Shown in pieces: positions 37,823 through 46,894 of a stretch of DNA of 64,000 nt. The DNA lies in the IMG/VR virus record IMGVR_UViG_3300047494_000107, positions 32,001-96,000 of that record. The stretch is one strand, 5' to 3'. Position numbers and translations under genes: made by a program. Numbering within the stretch: position 1 is the stretch's first letter; each line of letters opens with the position of its first letter. Under the pieces are notes generated by a model, which saw nothing but the letters and a program-made list of their open reading frames with translations, was not told the origin of the DNA and ran no database searches. The DNA comes from a virus.

Positions 37823-38925
37823 GGGATCGTCTCCACCCCAAAGTCAACGCCGGCAGCGGTCAAATCAGACGGCAACCATGCAACGCCAGTGTTGGGATTT
37901 GTCGCCTGAATATAGCTGCTGAAGTTCGAGAAGCTATTCGTCGGAGCATAGCTGCTGCTGAGATAGTCCGTGCCGCCGACCCGCGTATCGAACTCGAAGT
38001 GCTGAGGACCAGACGAACCAACCAATGCCTGAGCGCTCATCGCTACGCCAAGCACGCTATAACTGCCGCTGGGTAGCGTGTTGTAGATGGCGCAGTTGTG
38101 CAGAACGTTGTTCGATGCGCTGTAGGCGTAGTTAGCTTGGTTCAGCGTCGAAGCATTCCAAATCGACGAGCAGACGTTCGTGCCACTCAAGCCGGTGCTA
38201 TTGCCATTTGCGTTTGTGTAGGCCGTGAAGACGCCCATGGCGCGCGTGTCGGTGGTGGCGACGATGACTTCGGACCAGAGACCTAAGTTAGTTTGGGGCA
38301 CTGCGAACTCGACCTGGTTAAGCGTCGTAGCTCCATCGCCATTCGTGACGTTACCAGTATAGTCACAGACTTGTGTGCTGTTACTATAAAGAGTAACTTC
38401 CCCGCTTGATCCGTAGTTCACATACATGTCGAATTGATCAAGCGACGCAGGGATCGCGGATGAACATGTGACAAGGTCGGTAAATGTGCCCCCTGATGTG
38501 CGGGATGATATCTTTACCTGGCCATTCGTTCCGGTGCCTCGCACAATTAATGTCGGGTTTCCGCTGCTATCGTTAATTCGCAACATCTGATAGTTGGACG
38601 CCGTCGTGGTTATGCAAGTATTTGAGTTATCGGTGCAATACTGCCCGTGAATCCAAATAGTAGAATTTCCTGCGAAAGTAGACGTTTGAAACCTGTTCAC
38701 AGGCGGATCAGAGGCGGAAGTATCGGAAACGTCATACGAGCCACGGGACCAGGCTGAGCGGTAAAGCCCAGATGGCGCAGTAAATCCACACGTGCCACCA
38801 CTCAAGCACGTAAAGTCCGAGTCCTCTTTACCCACGAACAATAGCGTCGCTTGCGCCGAGTGCGCTGCACCCAGCATCAGCCCAATCAGCACCAATAGCG
38901 GGAAAAGCCGACGAATGAAGTTCAT
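37819..38925 (-). CDS. Exported beta-sandwich/lectin-like protein
   Basis: Signal peptide ..AQA|T; paired Cys; C-terminal NPNTG.AW...L...FG. Confidence 0.75.
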   Translation of the reverse strand: MNFIRRLFPLLVLIGLMLGAAHSAQATLLFVGKEDSDFTCLSGGTCGFTAPSGLYRSAWSRGSYDVSDTSASDPPVNRFQTSTFAGNSTIWIHGQYCTDNSNTCITTTASNYQMLRINDSSGNPTLIVRGTGTNGQVKISSRTSGGTFTDLVTCSSAIPASLDQFDMYVNYGSSGEVTLYSNSTQVCDYTGNVTNGDGATTLNQVEFAVPQTNLGLWSEVIVATTDTRAMGVFTAYTNANGNSTGLSGTNVCSSIWNASTLNQANYAYSASNNVLHNCAIYNTLPSGSYSVLGVAMSAQALVGSSGPQHFEFDTRVGGTDYLSSSYAPTNSFSNFSSYIQATNPNTGVAWLPSDLTAAGVDFGVETIP

Positions 38926-39530
38926 GAACCATCTCCAATAAAGACATAAGCTGCGGCTGAGCCGTTATTCGATATGACCGTCGCACCAATGATTGATTTC
39001 GACCCATAGGTGCCCGTGAAGCTGTGTGGCGAAGTCAGCGTGGCCCCCGAGCCGGCCGACAGAGTGACCTTGGCGGTGCCGCCCTGGATCATCCCGATGT
39101 TACACCCGGCCGCTAGGCTGTTAGGTAATGTGACGGTTACAGCGCTGTTGGAGCTGAAGTTGATCAAGGTGCCGCAGTCAGAGGCTGCTAGCGTATACGT
39201 GGTGCCGCTCTGCGTCGAAACTGCGCCGTAGACGGCACCGAACGTCTGTGGACCCGTCCAAGTGTTGGTGCCCGCGAGAGAGACGCCGCCCGTGCTGCAT
39301 GTCATAGTTCCACTCGAAATTGTACACCCCGACAGATTAAGAGGCGTTGCTGCTCCAGCTCCGCCTGTGCCTCCATATATTTGAGACGTTGTGCCGGACG
39401 GAATAGCCGACGTAATCGCGCTGGAAAGTTGCCCCGATGTCACCCCCGGCGGCGGGATAGGTCCGCCAGCAAACGCCTGCGAAACCCCGAGCAGTGCGCA
39501 CAGCCAAAGTGCGACAAATTTTACCATCAC
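38922..39530 (-). CDS. Exported protein with tail-fibre-type C-terminal domain
   Basis: Signal peptide ..AFA|G; NTWTG.QTF; TQSGTTYTLAASD.G..AVTVTLP..IQGG...VT. Confidence 0.75.
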   Translation of the reverse strand: MMVKFVALWLCALLGVSQAFAGGPIPPPGVTSGQLSSAITSAIPSGTTSQIYGGTGGAGAATPLNLSGCTISSGTMTCSTGGVSLAGTNTWTGPQTFGAVYGAVSTQSGTTYTLAASDCGTLINFSSNSAVTVTLPNSLAAGCNIGMIQGGTAKVTLSAGSGATLTSPHSFTGTYGSKSIIGATVISNNGSAAAYVFIGDGS

Positions 39531-40135
39531 TGGAACGCCTCGCCGGCCAGCGTCGCGGACGCTGAGACCATGATGCAGTTAATCGCCGCATTCCCAACCG
39601 TGGGGTAATCCCACTCATAGCCGCCGCCCGGCTGTATGCGGACGCCGTAATTGAGAACAGCCGACGCACCGTCAGAGCGGCACCAAGCGTCGTTGCCGCT
39701 GCCCGCAGTTGCGAGGCTGTAAATGACGACGCGCGCCCGCGTGCCGGTCGAGGCGGCCACGACGGGGGTTGCGGACGTCGAAGCGGAGACCGAAAAAGCG
39801 GACGTGGTCGCCGCCACAGGGGGTGCCGCAGCGGTGATATGGGACGGAACACCCCCGTCAGAATTGAGCGTATAAGGCCAAAAGTTGCCGGTTGGCGGGG
39901 TCACAAACCAAGGCGAAGAAGACGACCCCTGAGCCCCTTGGGTGACCGTACCGCCCCCTCCGCCCCCGTTTAGGTTGTAGACCACAGACGCCCTGGAGCA
40001 GTCCGACAGCAAGACCTGGTTGAGTGGTACCCCGGCAGGACAACCTGTCACCGCATTGCCGGGCGTCTGAGCACGGGCGCCTGTGGCGCCCCAGACCCCG
40101 CAAATGAGAAACACTAAAGCAAGCAGAATCCGCAT
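39527..40135 (-). CDS. Exported hypothetical protein
   Basis: GGAGG RBS; signal peptide ..ARA|Q; four Cys in mature part. Confidence 0.75.
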   Translation of the reverse strand: MRILLALVFLICGVWGATGARAQTPGNAVTGCPAGVPLNQVLLSDCSRASVVYNLNGGGGGGTVTQGAQGSSSSPWFVTPPTGNFWPYTLNSDGGVPSHITAAAPPVAATTSAFSVSASTSATPVVAASTGTRARVVIYSLATAGSGNDAWCRSDGASAVLNYGVRIQPGGGYEWDYPTVGNAAINCIMVSASATLAGEAFQ

Positions 40136-40265
40136 GACCGCCTCCAAGGAGGCAGCATTTTAAGACGTCTCAGTCTTTAGACGGCAGGGTTGCTGTCTGC
40201 CTTCAGGTCGACAAGTATGTTCTTATAGTCACAAGGTAGCAACACGGCGTTAAGCGGTCTAAAAT

Positions 40266-40449
40266 CCTTTCAACTCGTACTCCGCCTATTGAGCTTTTTG
40301 ACCGCCTAGAGGTGCAAAAAGTTGAAAGGATTGGCGTATATACGCGGCTGTCGTCGCATTACAAAACCGCTGCACTACCGCTGTGCTAACCCGGCGGACT
40401 GTTGTTTTCGATATATTTTATGGCGGCTCTAACCGCTAATTTCAACTCG
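40266..40449. repeat. Candidate integrase arm-type sites flanking attP core
   Basis: TTTCAACT at ~40268 and ~40440, inverted copy AGTTGAAA at ~40320. Confidence 0.5.
40359..40395 (-). tRNA. 5' half of tRNA-Thr(UGU), attP core (not a full tRNA)
   Basis: GCCGGGT-TA-GCAC-AGCGGTA-GTGC-A-GCGGT-TTTGTAA; tRNA structure stops at the end of the anticodon loop; 46 bp downstream of integrase stop. Confidence 0.85.
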
Positions 40450-41539
40450 CTTTCTGGGCCACTTTCGACTCATGCCGCTTGCCCGACCTCAGTTTACGCA
40501 TCGCACCCTCAGCAAACGTCCGGTCAGGTCTGACGTATACCGACAGCACATTTCGGCTTTTGTGGCCGGTTATCGCCCTGATTTGGTCCTCCGAACACCC
40601 TGCAGCCCCGAGCGCCGTGGCCAGAGTGCGCCGCAAATCACGAAACTGCAGATCGTCCGGCAGCCCTGCCAGCGCTCTTAGGCCGGCAAATCGGTGTTGA
40701 AAGTCACTTTCAGCGTAGGGTCGCCCCGTGGCCTCGGAGACGACGATAGGGCCATTTTCGACTCGCGGGGTTGTCTCCAGCAGCCGGCGGAGTTCAGGGA
40801 GCGCCGGCACCCAGACTGCGGCGCCCGTCTTCTCCTGGCGCAGCAAGACAGCCTTCCCGTCATACGCCGCCCAGGACAGCTTGCGGAGGTCGGCCGGGCG
40901 TTGGCCCAGGCACCAGCCCAGCATCACGGCCAAGGCCATGCTTGGGCGGCCAGCTTCAACGGCCTTGGCGCAGAAAACGTCGCGCTCATTGATCGTCCAG
41001 ACCCGTGAGCGACTATCCGGCACGGACACCATCATCTTGAGCGCCGGGTTCTTGTCAATCCAACCCTCGTCGACCCCAAAACTCAACAGGCGGCGCAGAG
41101 CGGCAATCGCGTTACGGGCGGCGGATTCACCGCGATCGGCTTTCAGACCCCGGTACCAGTTCTTAACCATTTTACGCTCAAGCAGGGCTACAGAAGATTC
41201 ACCCGCAGCGTCTAGCGCCGGCTTGATGTTGTAGAGGTAGTCGCGCTGAGTTCGCGGAGCCATGTCGACCATGAACTCCTCGTCGGCCTGGAACAGGTCG
41301 TGAAGAGCCAGTAGGCTATCCGACCGGTAAGATGGACCTGTCTTGGGTTCTTGCTTACGGCGCCACTGATCCAATTCCGCGTTCAGGCGCTCAGCTGCGA
41401 CGATGGCCTGTATGCGGTCGTCGGGGAGACGACGAGGGATGAACCCGGCGGCGAGGAGTTTTGGAGTCGGTTGCCAATACCAGAGCGTACGGCCTTTAAG
41501 GGGCCGCTTTACCAGATACCGGACGCCGATGTCCCGCAC
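40442..41539 (-). CDS. int: Tyrosine integrase
   Basis: GQRPADL (R), QEKTG (K), FRDLRRT (HxxR variant), TGH, VY. Confidence 0.93.
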   Translation of the reverse strand: MRDIGVRYLVKRPLKGRTLWYWQPTPKLLAAGFIPRRLPDDRIQAIVAAERLNAELDQWRRKQEPKTGPSYRSDSLLALHDLFQADEEFMVDMAPRTQRDYLYNIKPALDAAGESSVALLERKMVKNWYRGLKADRGESAARNAIAALRRLLSFGVDEGWIDKNPALKMMVSVPDSRSRVWTINERDVFCAKAVEAGRPSMALAVMLGWCLGQRPADLRKLSWAAYDGKAVLLRQEKTGAAVWVPALPELRRLLETTPRVENGPIVVSEATGRPYAESDFQHRFAGLRALAGLPDDLQFRDLRRTLATALGAAGCSEDQIRAITGHKSRNVLSVYVRPDRTFAEGAMRKLRSGKRHESKVAQKAS

Positions 41540-41798
41540 TCATCCGCTCCATCAAGATCGCTCGCTCATCTTCGCGCGGGTCGCCAGCGCCGACAACCTG
41601 CCATCGCCGCCGCACCCACGCCTCGACGGCCTCGACGGCGTAGAGCCCATAGAACGGGTCGGGCTTGGGGAAGTCAGGGGGCAGGTTGGCCTGCACCCAT
41701 AGGACGGGGCGGCGAAACACCCGATCGGCCACCTCGCTGATCGTCATCGTCAGCGGTGTCCAATCGTACCGCTTGTGCCGTGGAGCGCGGGTCATCAC
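41496..41798 (-). CDS. Putative excisionase/HTH protein
   Basis: Immediately upstream of int; MTISEVA..FPKPD..Y..AVEAW. Confidence 0.6.
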   Translation of the reverse strand: MMTRAPRHKRYDWTPLTMTISEVADRVFRRPVLWVQANLPPDFPKPDPFYGLYAVEAVEAWVRRRWQVVGAGDPREDERAILMERMSAGHRRPVSGKAAP

Positions 41799-43966
41799 CC
41801 GAACCTGTTGCTGATATGGGCGTCGACCTTCGTGGGGAGCCCTGCCGCCCAGGAGGGCTTGACGGTCATCAGGTCAACGAAGACGGGAAGAAGTCGCTCA
41901 GCGTCGTCCTCCCTGACCTCGGCGGCGATGCTGTCGTGGACGTGCAAGACGACGGGAAGGCCGCCGTGCCTGTCCATGTTGTCGAGTGCGATCGCGAGAA
42001 GGTCAGCGGCAATGGCTTGGTCTTGGTTTTCGACGAGGATGGTGTGGTATAGCGGCCGACGCGTAACAGACGCGCCTCGTGGGTTGAGCGCTGTGAGGAT
42101 AGGGTTGCCCCACTCGTCTAGCCCTTCAAGGCGAGGCGCCCAGTAGCGAAGCAACCGGCCAGCCGGTAATCTGCAGCAAAGAGCACCGTCTAGCATGAAG
42201 TAAGAACAATAGCCAAACGGGCCGACAGGAAACTCCCTGCCGGGGTGCTTTACCGCGTTAATCGCAGCACTGCTTGTTGCATACCAATACTTTACAATTT
42301 CAGCGTTAGCCGCACGCCACTTCGCAACAATAGGTTTTGCTTGGTCTCTGTTCATGCGTATGTTGTATGCCATGCTCATAATGACAAACACACCCGTTCC
42401 GCCACCGTAACCACAACCGAGCACACCGACCTTTCCCAATTGACGCTCCTCTTTTGTAACCTCCGATACTGGTTTCCCGACCATTGGGGCGGCAGCTATA
42501 CTGTATACATCATCGCCGTTAGCAAAGGCGTCTACGATATTCTGTTGCCCTGCCAGCCAGGCTATGATGCGCGCTTCGACCTGCGCGAAATCTCCCTGGA
42601 GGAGGGTACGGCCGCCGGGGGCGCGGAGCGTTCGACGCAGCATCCGGGAGACAAACGGCAGCACAGGTCCGTACGCAGTGCGGATCGCGATAGCATCGCC
42701 GCTTTGGCCGTAGGCAACTGCTTGGGCGAGCGCGTCAGCTTGCAACTTGCGGAGCAACTTCTTGTCGTCACCACTAGGTTTACGTCCCAATATGAGGGCG
42801 GCCTGCCGCTCGACGTAGCCTGCGTCCGGCAGCGCATTCCTGGGCAGGTTATGGGGCTGCCAACCTCCCCCGCCAGCCCAGCGCATCGTGGTTTGGGCGC
42901 CGCCAAGAATGAACGCACCACGTAGACGACCGTCGACGCCTGCAGCCCGCTCCATGACCGACAGCTTCTTCGCGGATATCTTCGCCGCATCAGCACGCAT
43001 CTGCAGGACGTCACGCACACGGCCGCACGGCTTGCCGTCTGGTCCTTCGTAGTCCTCGGGTAGGTCGCCGGCAAGTAAGTCTATGACGTCATTTTTGCGT
43101 AGACGATATCTCTTCGGGTTAAACTCATCCGTGTTGTCGTCGTCGTCCAAGGGGACGTCATCCTCGGGCTTGCGATTCGGATCGACTATGAGCGGGAGGC
43201 GAACGCCGCGCTCAAGCAGCCACGCCTTCAAGTCCTGCACAGCCGTCAGCTTCGGTATCTTGCCGTTCGTGACCCTGGCGACCTCGGCGTCTAGCCGCAG
43301 CGTCTCGTATTCCGACGCCTTGCGCATACCAATCACGAGCGGCATGTCGGCCAGAATGCCGCGGTCGTTGATCCGCATGTCGACGCCTGGCATGCGCGGC
43401 CACGGCTCAGCGGTTATCCAAGGCGGCGTCGCAGCGCCAGTAGCCTCTTCGGCCAGAACGTCGGTGATGCAGTACTGACCGAATGCGATCAGCTTGGGGC
43501 GCTTCTTCTCAGACCAGAGCGCCGCCCAGGACGTGTTCTTCGCCTGCGTAAGCTCTTTGACGAGCGCCGACCCCGCCTTATCTTTGACTGTGCTCGCGCC
43601 TGTAGCCCGGCTGGCGCCATCCAACGATCGAGGTAAATTAGCCCCGACAGCTCGCAGCATGGTGTCGGCCCACTGCCAATCTGGCACTTCCGGCCAACCA
43701 TATTTGCCGACGCAGACGTGTCGCCACATTAACCTCTCGAACCCCGCATTCCACGCGCATAGCGGCCAACCACGTTGAATATGCTCTGCAAGCGCCTCGG
43801 GTATCGGCTGACCGTGCCACCACAGTTCTGGCGGCGCTGAATCGCCGACAACGTGATAGGCCAGCATAATCGCTTCGGTAGACGGATGCGCCGCGTAGTG
43901 ATGAGCGCCGAGTTTTATGTCGGCTTCGCTCCAAGTCTCGAAATCCAGGCTGAGAGCGCGCATCAC
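41795..43966 (-). CDS. Phage family A DNA polymerase with 3'-5' exonuclease
   Basis: DFET, WNAGFER, YC..D; DFAQVEAR; RQLGKVGVLGCGYG; HVHDS. Confidence 0.95.
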   Translation of the reverse strand: MMRALSLDFETWSEADIKLGAHHYAAHPSTEAIMLAYHVVGDSAPPELWWHGQPIPEALAEHIQRGWPLCAWNAGFERLMWRHVCVGKYGWPEVPDWQWADTMLRAVGANLPRSLDGASRATGASTVKDKAGSALVKELTQAKNTSWAALWSEKKRPKLIAFGQYCITDVLAEEATGAATPPWITAEPWPRMPGVDMRINDRGILADMPLVIGMRKASEYETLRLDAEVARVTNGKIPKLTAVQDLKAWLLERGVRLPLIVDPNRKPEDDVPLDDDDNTDEFNPKRYRLRKNDVIDLLAGDLPEDYEGPDGKPCGRVRDVLQMRADAAKISAKKLSVMERAAGVDGRLRGAFILGGAQTTMRWAGGGGWQPHNLPRNALPDAGYVERQAALILGRKPSGDDKKLLRKLQADALAQAVAYGQSGDAIAIRTAYGPVLPFVSRMLRRTLRAPGGRTLLQGDFAQVEARIIAWLAGQQNIVDAFANGDDVYSIAAAPMVGKPVSEVTKEERQLGKVGVLGCGYGGGTGVFVIMSMAYNIRMNRDQAKPIVAKWRAANAEIVKYWYATSSAAINAVKHPGREFPVGPFGYCSYFMLDGALCCRLPAGRLLRYWAPRLEGLDEWGNPILTALNPRGASVTRRPLYHTILVENQDQAIAADLLAIALDNMDRHGGLPVVLHVHDSIAAEVREDDAERLLPVFVDLMTVKPSWAAGLPTKVDAHISNRFG

Positions 43967-44511
43967 ACAGCCGGCTTGGCTCGTATACCGCCAATTTCAA
44001 CACGGTCATCGTTGGCGGTCGTCCAGTCGCGCCAAACATCGCCGACAATGCCAGTTCCTGGGAACAAGTCGTCTAACGTATCATCCCGTTTGGCGTTCAG
44101 CAGAGAAAACACCCACTCACAAAACCGAGCAGGCTTAGCGCCCGTAAGCCCTTTTTTGAGTGTGATATTTTCAGCTAGCCAATCGCGACGAGTTGCCTCT
44201 TCCCGGGTCACCTTTCTTCCGCCCCGGAAGATCACAGGTTCCCACGCGTAAGCAACTCCGACGTTCGGCTTAAAAATCGCGAACGGTTTGGTCCACGCAC
44301 CCACTCTGACATCGTCCGGGCAGAGCGGCAGTATTGCGCGTAAACTGGTCGACGACGCACTCAGCGCCCATCCGTCAACATACTCATCCGAGAGGCGCTG
44401 AATAAGCCGGCGATGCTCACCGATGTTATCCCAGTCAGTCGCGTCAGCATGGTGTTTGACATAGAGCCGCCCACAGCCAAGGTACGGCGGGTCCGCGTAT
44501 GCGAACTTCAT
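43963..44511 (-). CDS. DNA amino-methyltransferase
   Basis: DPPY near the N-terminus, DLFPGTG near the C-terminus. Confidence 0.8.
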   Translation of the reverse strand: MKFAYADPPYLGCGRLYVKHHADATDWDNIGEHRRLIQRLSDEYVDGWALSASSTSLRAILPLCPDDVRVGAWTKPFAIFKPNVGVAYAWEPVIFRGGRKVTREEATRRDWLAENITLKKGLTGAKPARFCEWVFSLLNAKRDDTLDDLFPGTGIVGDVWRDWTTANDDRVEIGGIRAKPAV

Positions 44512-44571
44512 CCCACCCTCCACACGTAGAAAGGGCGTCACCCCGCAAAGAGCGACGCCCTTGTTCAGCGA

Positions 44572-45597
44572 TCAGCGCGGCGGAGCATACCCGGGATACT
44601 GGCCGGGCGGCGGAGCAGGGGGCTGCTGCGGGAAGTTCTGGTACGGCGGAGCAGGCGGAGCAGGCGGAGCAGGCGGAGCAGGCGGAACGGCCGGTGTCAG
44701 GTGGCCCTGGTACGCAGGAGCCGGTGCCGGCTGCGGGTAGCCCTGGTACGCAGGAGCCGGTGCCGGCTGCGGGTAGCCCTGGGGCGCATACTGAGGCGCG
44801 GGCGGCTGCGCTCCCGGATAACCCGGCTGCGGCGCCACGTACTGCGGGGGTGGCTGATACGCCGGCTGTGGCGTCTGCGGAGGGGCATTCCACGGCTGCG
44901 GCTGTTCCGGCACCGGATACCCCTGGAAGGCCGGCGCAGCTGGTGCCGACGGCGGAGCAGCAAACGCTCCTGGAGGACCTGCAGGCGCGGCGCCCGCGAT
45001 CGGCGCGAACCGCTTCTGCACATCTTCCAGACTACGCTCATTCGTCGACAGACGCTCACCGTCCCTGGCGAACTGGATCGTGTCGAGGTAGATCGTGATG
45101 CCGCGGTTCGTCACGGCGCCGGTCTTGCGGTCCTTGTATTCGAACTCACTGATCTTGATCTCGGCGATGACATAGCAGCCGCTGTAGATCGTCGACGCTG
45201 GCGCCGGGAACGCATTCGCGCCGAGCACGAACGGCACTTTCGCCGATGAGGCATTGATATACCACTTGCCCTGGTACTCGGGACCCTTGGCTTTGCCGGT
45301 CTTGACCGATACCGACGATCCGTTCTTCAGCGGCGACTGAATGAGGTTCTGCTTGACCTTGTCCGACCCACTGCCGCTCGCATCCGAGAACGCCGCGTCC
45401 GCAACGCGCAGAATGGCCGCGTAGATGTTGGCGATATCCTCTTGGTCTTCGAGGATCAGGTTCGTCCCGTAGTCGTAGACCTTGTTTCCATCCTTGTCCG
45501 TGTAATCTTTCTCGCGCGGTGCCGAGATGTTACAGTACGACGTACGGGCGACCCTCTTCAGGACATAGTTTTCCTGGGCCTTCGGTTTATCAGCCAT
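44572..45597 (-). CDS. ssDNA-binding protein (DUF2815-like) with Pro/Gln/Tyr-rich tail
   Basis: R.SY..P; PL.NG; INASS; IYSGCY; NRGI..L..IQF.RDGERL. Confidence 0.85.
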   Translation of the reverse strand: MADKPKAQENYVLKRVARTSYCNISAPREKDYTDKDGNKVYDYGTNLILEDQEDIANIYAAILRVADAAFSDASGSGSDKVKQNLIQSPLKNGSSVSVKTGKAKGPEYQGKWYINASSAKVPFVLGANAFPAPASTIYSGCYVIAEIKISEFEYKDRKTGAVTNRGITIYLDTIQFARDGERLSTNERSLEDVQKRFAPIAGAAPAGPPGAFAAPPSAPAAPAFQGYPVPEQPQPWNAPPQTPQPAYQPPPQYVAPQPGYPGAQPPAPQYAPQGYPQPAPAPAYQGYPQPAPAPAYQGHLTPAVPPAPPAPPAPPAPPYQNFPQQPPAPPPGQYPGYAPPR

Positions 45598-45611
45598 AGA
45601 TGTCAGACTTT

Positions 45612-46865
45612 CTACTGGTGGGTTAAGGCGGGAAAATGCTTCGCCGTGATCGGTTCGAAGAGCGGCTTCACTGTCTCAACTGTATCATCTGTCTCATCGA
45701 CCCTGACCAAGGTTGTAGCACCCTCGGGGCGAAAAACAAGCGTATTCACGAGCCACTTGTGCTGAGATGGGACGACCTTCTCGACCTGGGCCGGACTCAG
45801 CAGTTTCGGCTCCGTATAGAGTTCCTCGCGAAAAACGCCTGTTGTCAGTAACGTCTCTTCAGCCGCGACGGGGTCCACCCACTTGCGGTTACCTGTACGA
45901 CTCTTGAGACCCCAGCCTGGTACCTTGATACCGGCCTGTAGCATATCGACGGCGTGCTGCTTCACCATGGTGATCCACGCGGCGTAAACCGCTTCGCGTT
46001 CCAGAATCATTGATACATCTGCGCCGCTCATGCCGACCGGATCAGGCAGCACCGGCATCGGCCTCAGATCAGGCATTGGCGAGACGACCGTCATCTCCTG
46101 GCCGATCGGTTTGAACTTCGTCTGCGCGACATCCAGAGCCCGCTGCGCCATGGCCGGGCATGGACGTTTCGCGCCTGGGCACCAGCGGCACTGCTTCTCG
46201 CCAGGATTGAGCGGCGGGTTGGGGCTGAGTGCCGCCCGCATCGCCAAGTACATCGTATTGCCCCAGCCGTAGACATCGACGATATCGTGAATGTAGGTTT
46301 TCACGCGCTCGTCTTCGTACGGCGCCCTCGGCTGAATGATGATCGTCTCGACGTCTTTCCAGCCGCCCGCACAGGCGAAATTGACAAGGGCGAGGAAACT
46401 ATACGTCTTCAACTGCGGAGCGTCGGCGGCGACGGGCAGCATACCCGTCTTCAAGTCGATGACGGTGATCCGCCGCGTCGCCCAGTTCAGTAGAAGGATG
46501 TCGACGGTGCCCCCGAGTTCACCCCACAAAGGGTCCTTGGTGTCGAACGGCTGAGCCGACAGGAATTGCTCGGAGCGCATCTCCGTCGTGTTGGGGTCCC
46601 ACCGGGCCTTCGTCTCATCAATGGCGAGTTGAACGCCATCAGACATGACGTCGTCAAACTCAATCTTGTCGTCCTCGACGACAATGATGCGACCAACCAT
46701 TTCGGCGGGGGATGGGCCGCCTTTCAGCGCCGCTTCGAGGACTTGATGGCACGCCGTGCCTTCGCGCGCGGGGCGGCCTCCTTTGGAAGGTATCCCCTCC
46801 GACATCTGCGTCGAGCCGATGCAAGTCGTGATGCGGTCAGAAGACGACGGCCGGAAGCGAGGCAT
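45612..46865 (-). CDS. Cas4-like PD-(D/E)xK exonuclease (DUF2800-like)
   Basis: PSS..C; EGT..H; GTVD..IDLKTG; Q..Y; IIQPR; C.WC...CP. Confidence 0.88.
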   Translation of the reverse strand: MPRFRPSSSDRITTCIGSTQMSEGIPSKGGRPAREGTACHQVLEAALKGGPSPAEMVGRIIVVEDDKIEFDDVMSDGVQLAIDETKARWDPNTTEMRSEQFLSAQPFDTKDPLWGELGGTVDILLLNWATRRITVIDLKTGMLPVAADAPQLKTYSFLALVNFACAGGWKDVETIIIQPRAPYEDERVKTYIHDIVDVYGWGNTMYLAMRAALSPNPPLNPGEKQCRWCPGAKRPCPAMAQRALDVAQTKFKPIGQEMTVVSPMPDLRPMPVLPDPVGMSGADVSMILEREAVYAAWITMVKQHAVDMLQAGIKVPGWGLKSRTGNRKWVDPVAAEETLLTTGVFREELYTEPKLLSPAQVEKVVPSQHKWLVNTLVFRPEGATTLVRVDETDDTVETVKPLFEPITAKHFPALTHQ

Positions 46866-46894
46866 AACTTGTCCAGTCGAGCAGGGAGGGTAGG

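Noticed and set aside
40359-40395. Complete phage tRNA gene
   Set aside because: No 3' anticodon stem, T-arm or acceptor 3' strand follows the loop
45612-46865. Cas4-like gene as part of a CRISPR-Cas system
   Set aside because: No other cas genes or array; it sits in the usual nuclease-SSB-PolA replication module
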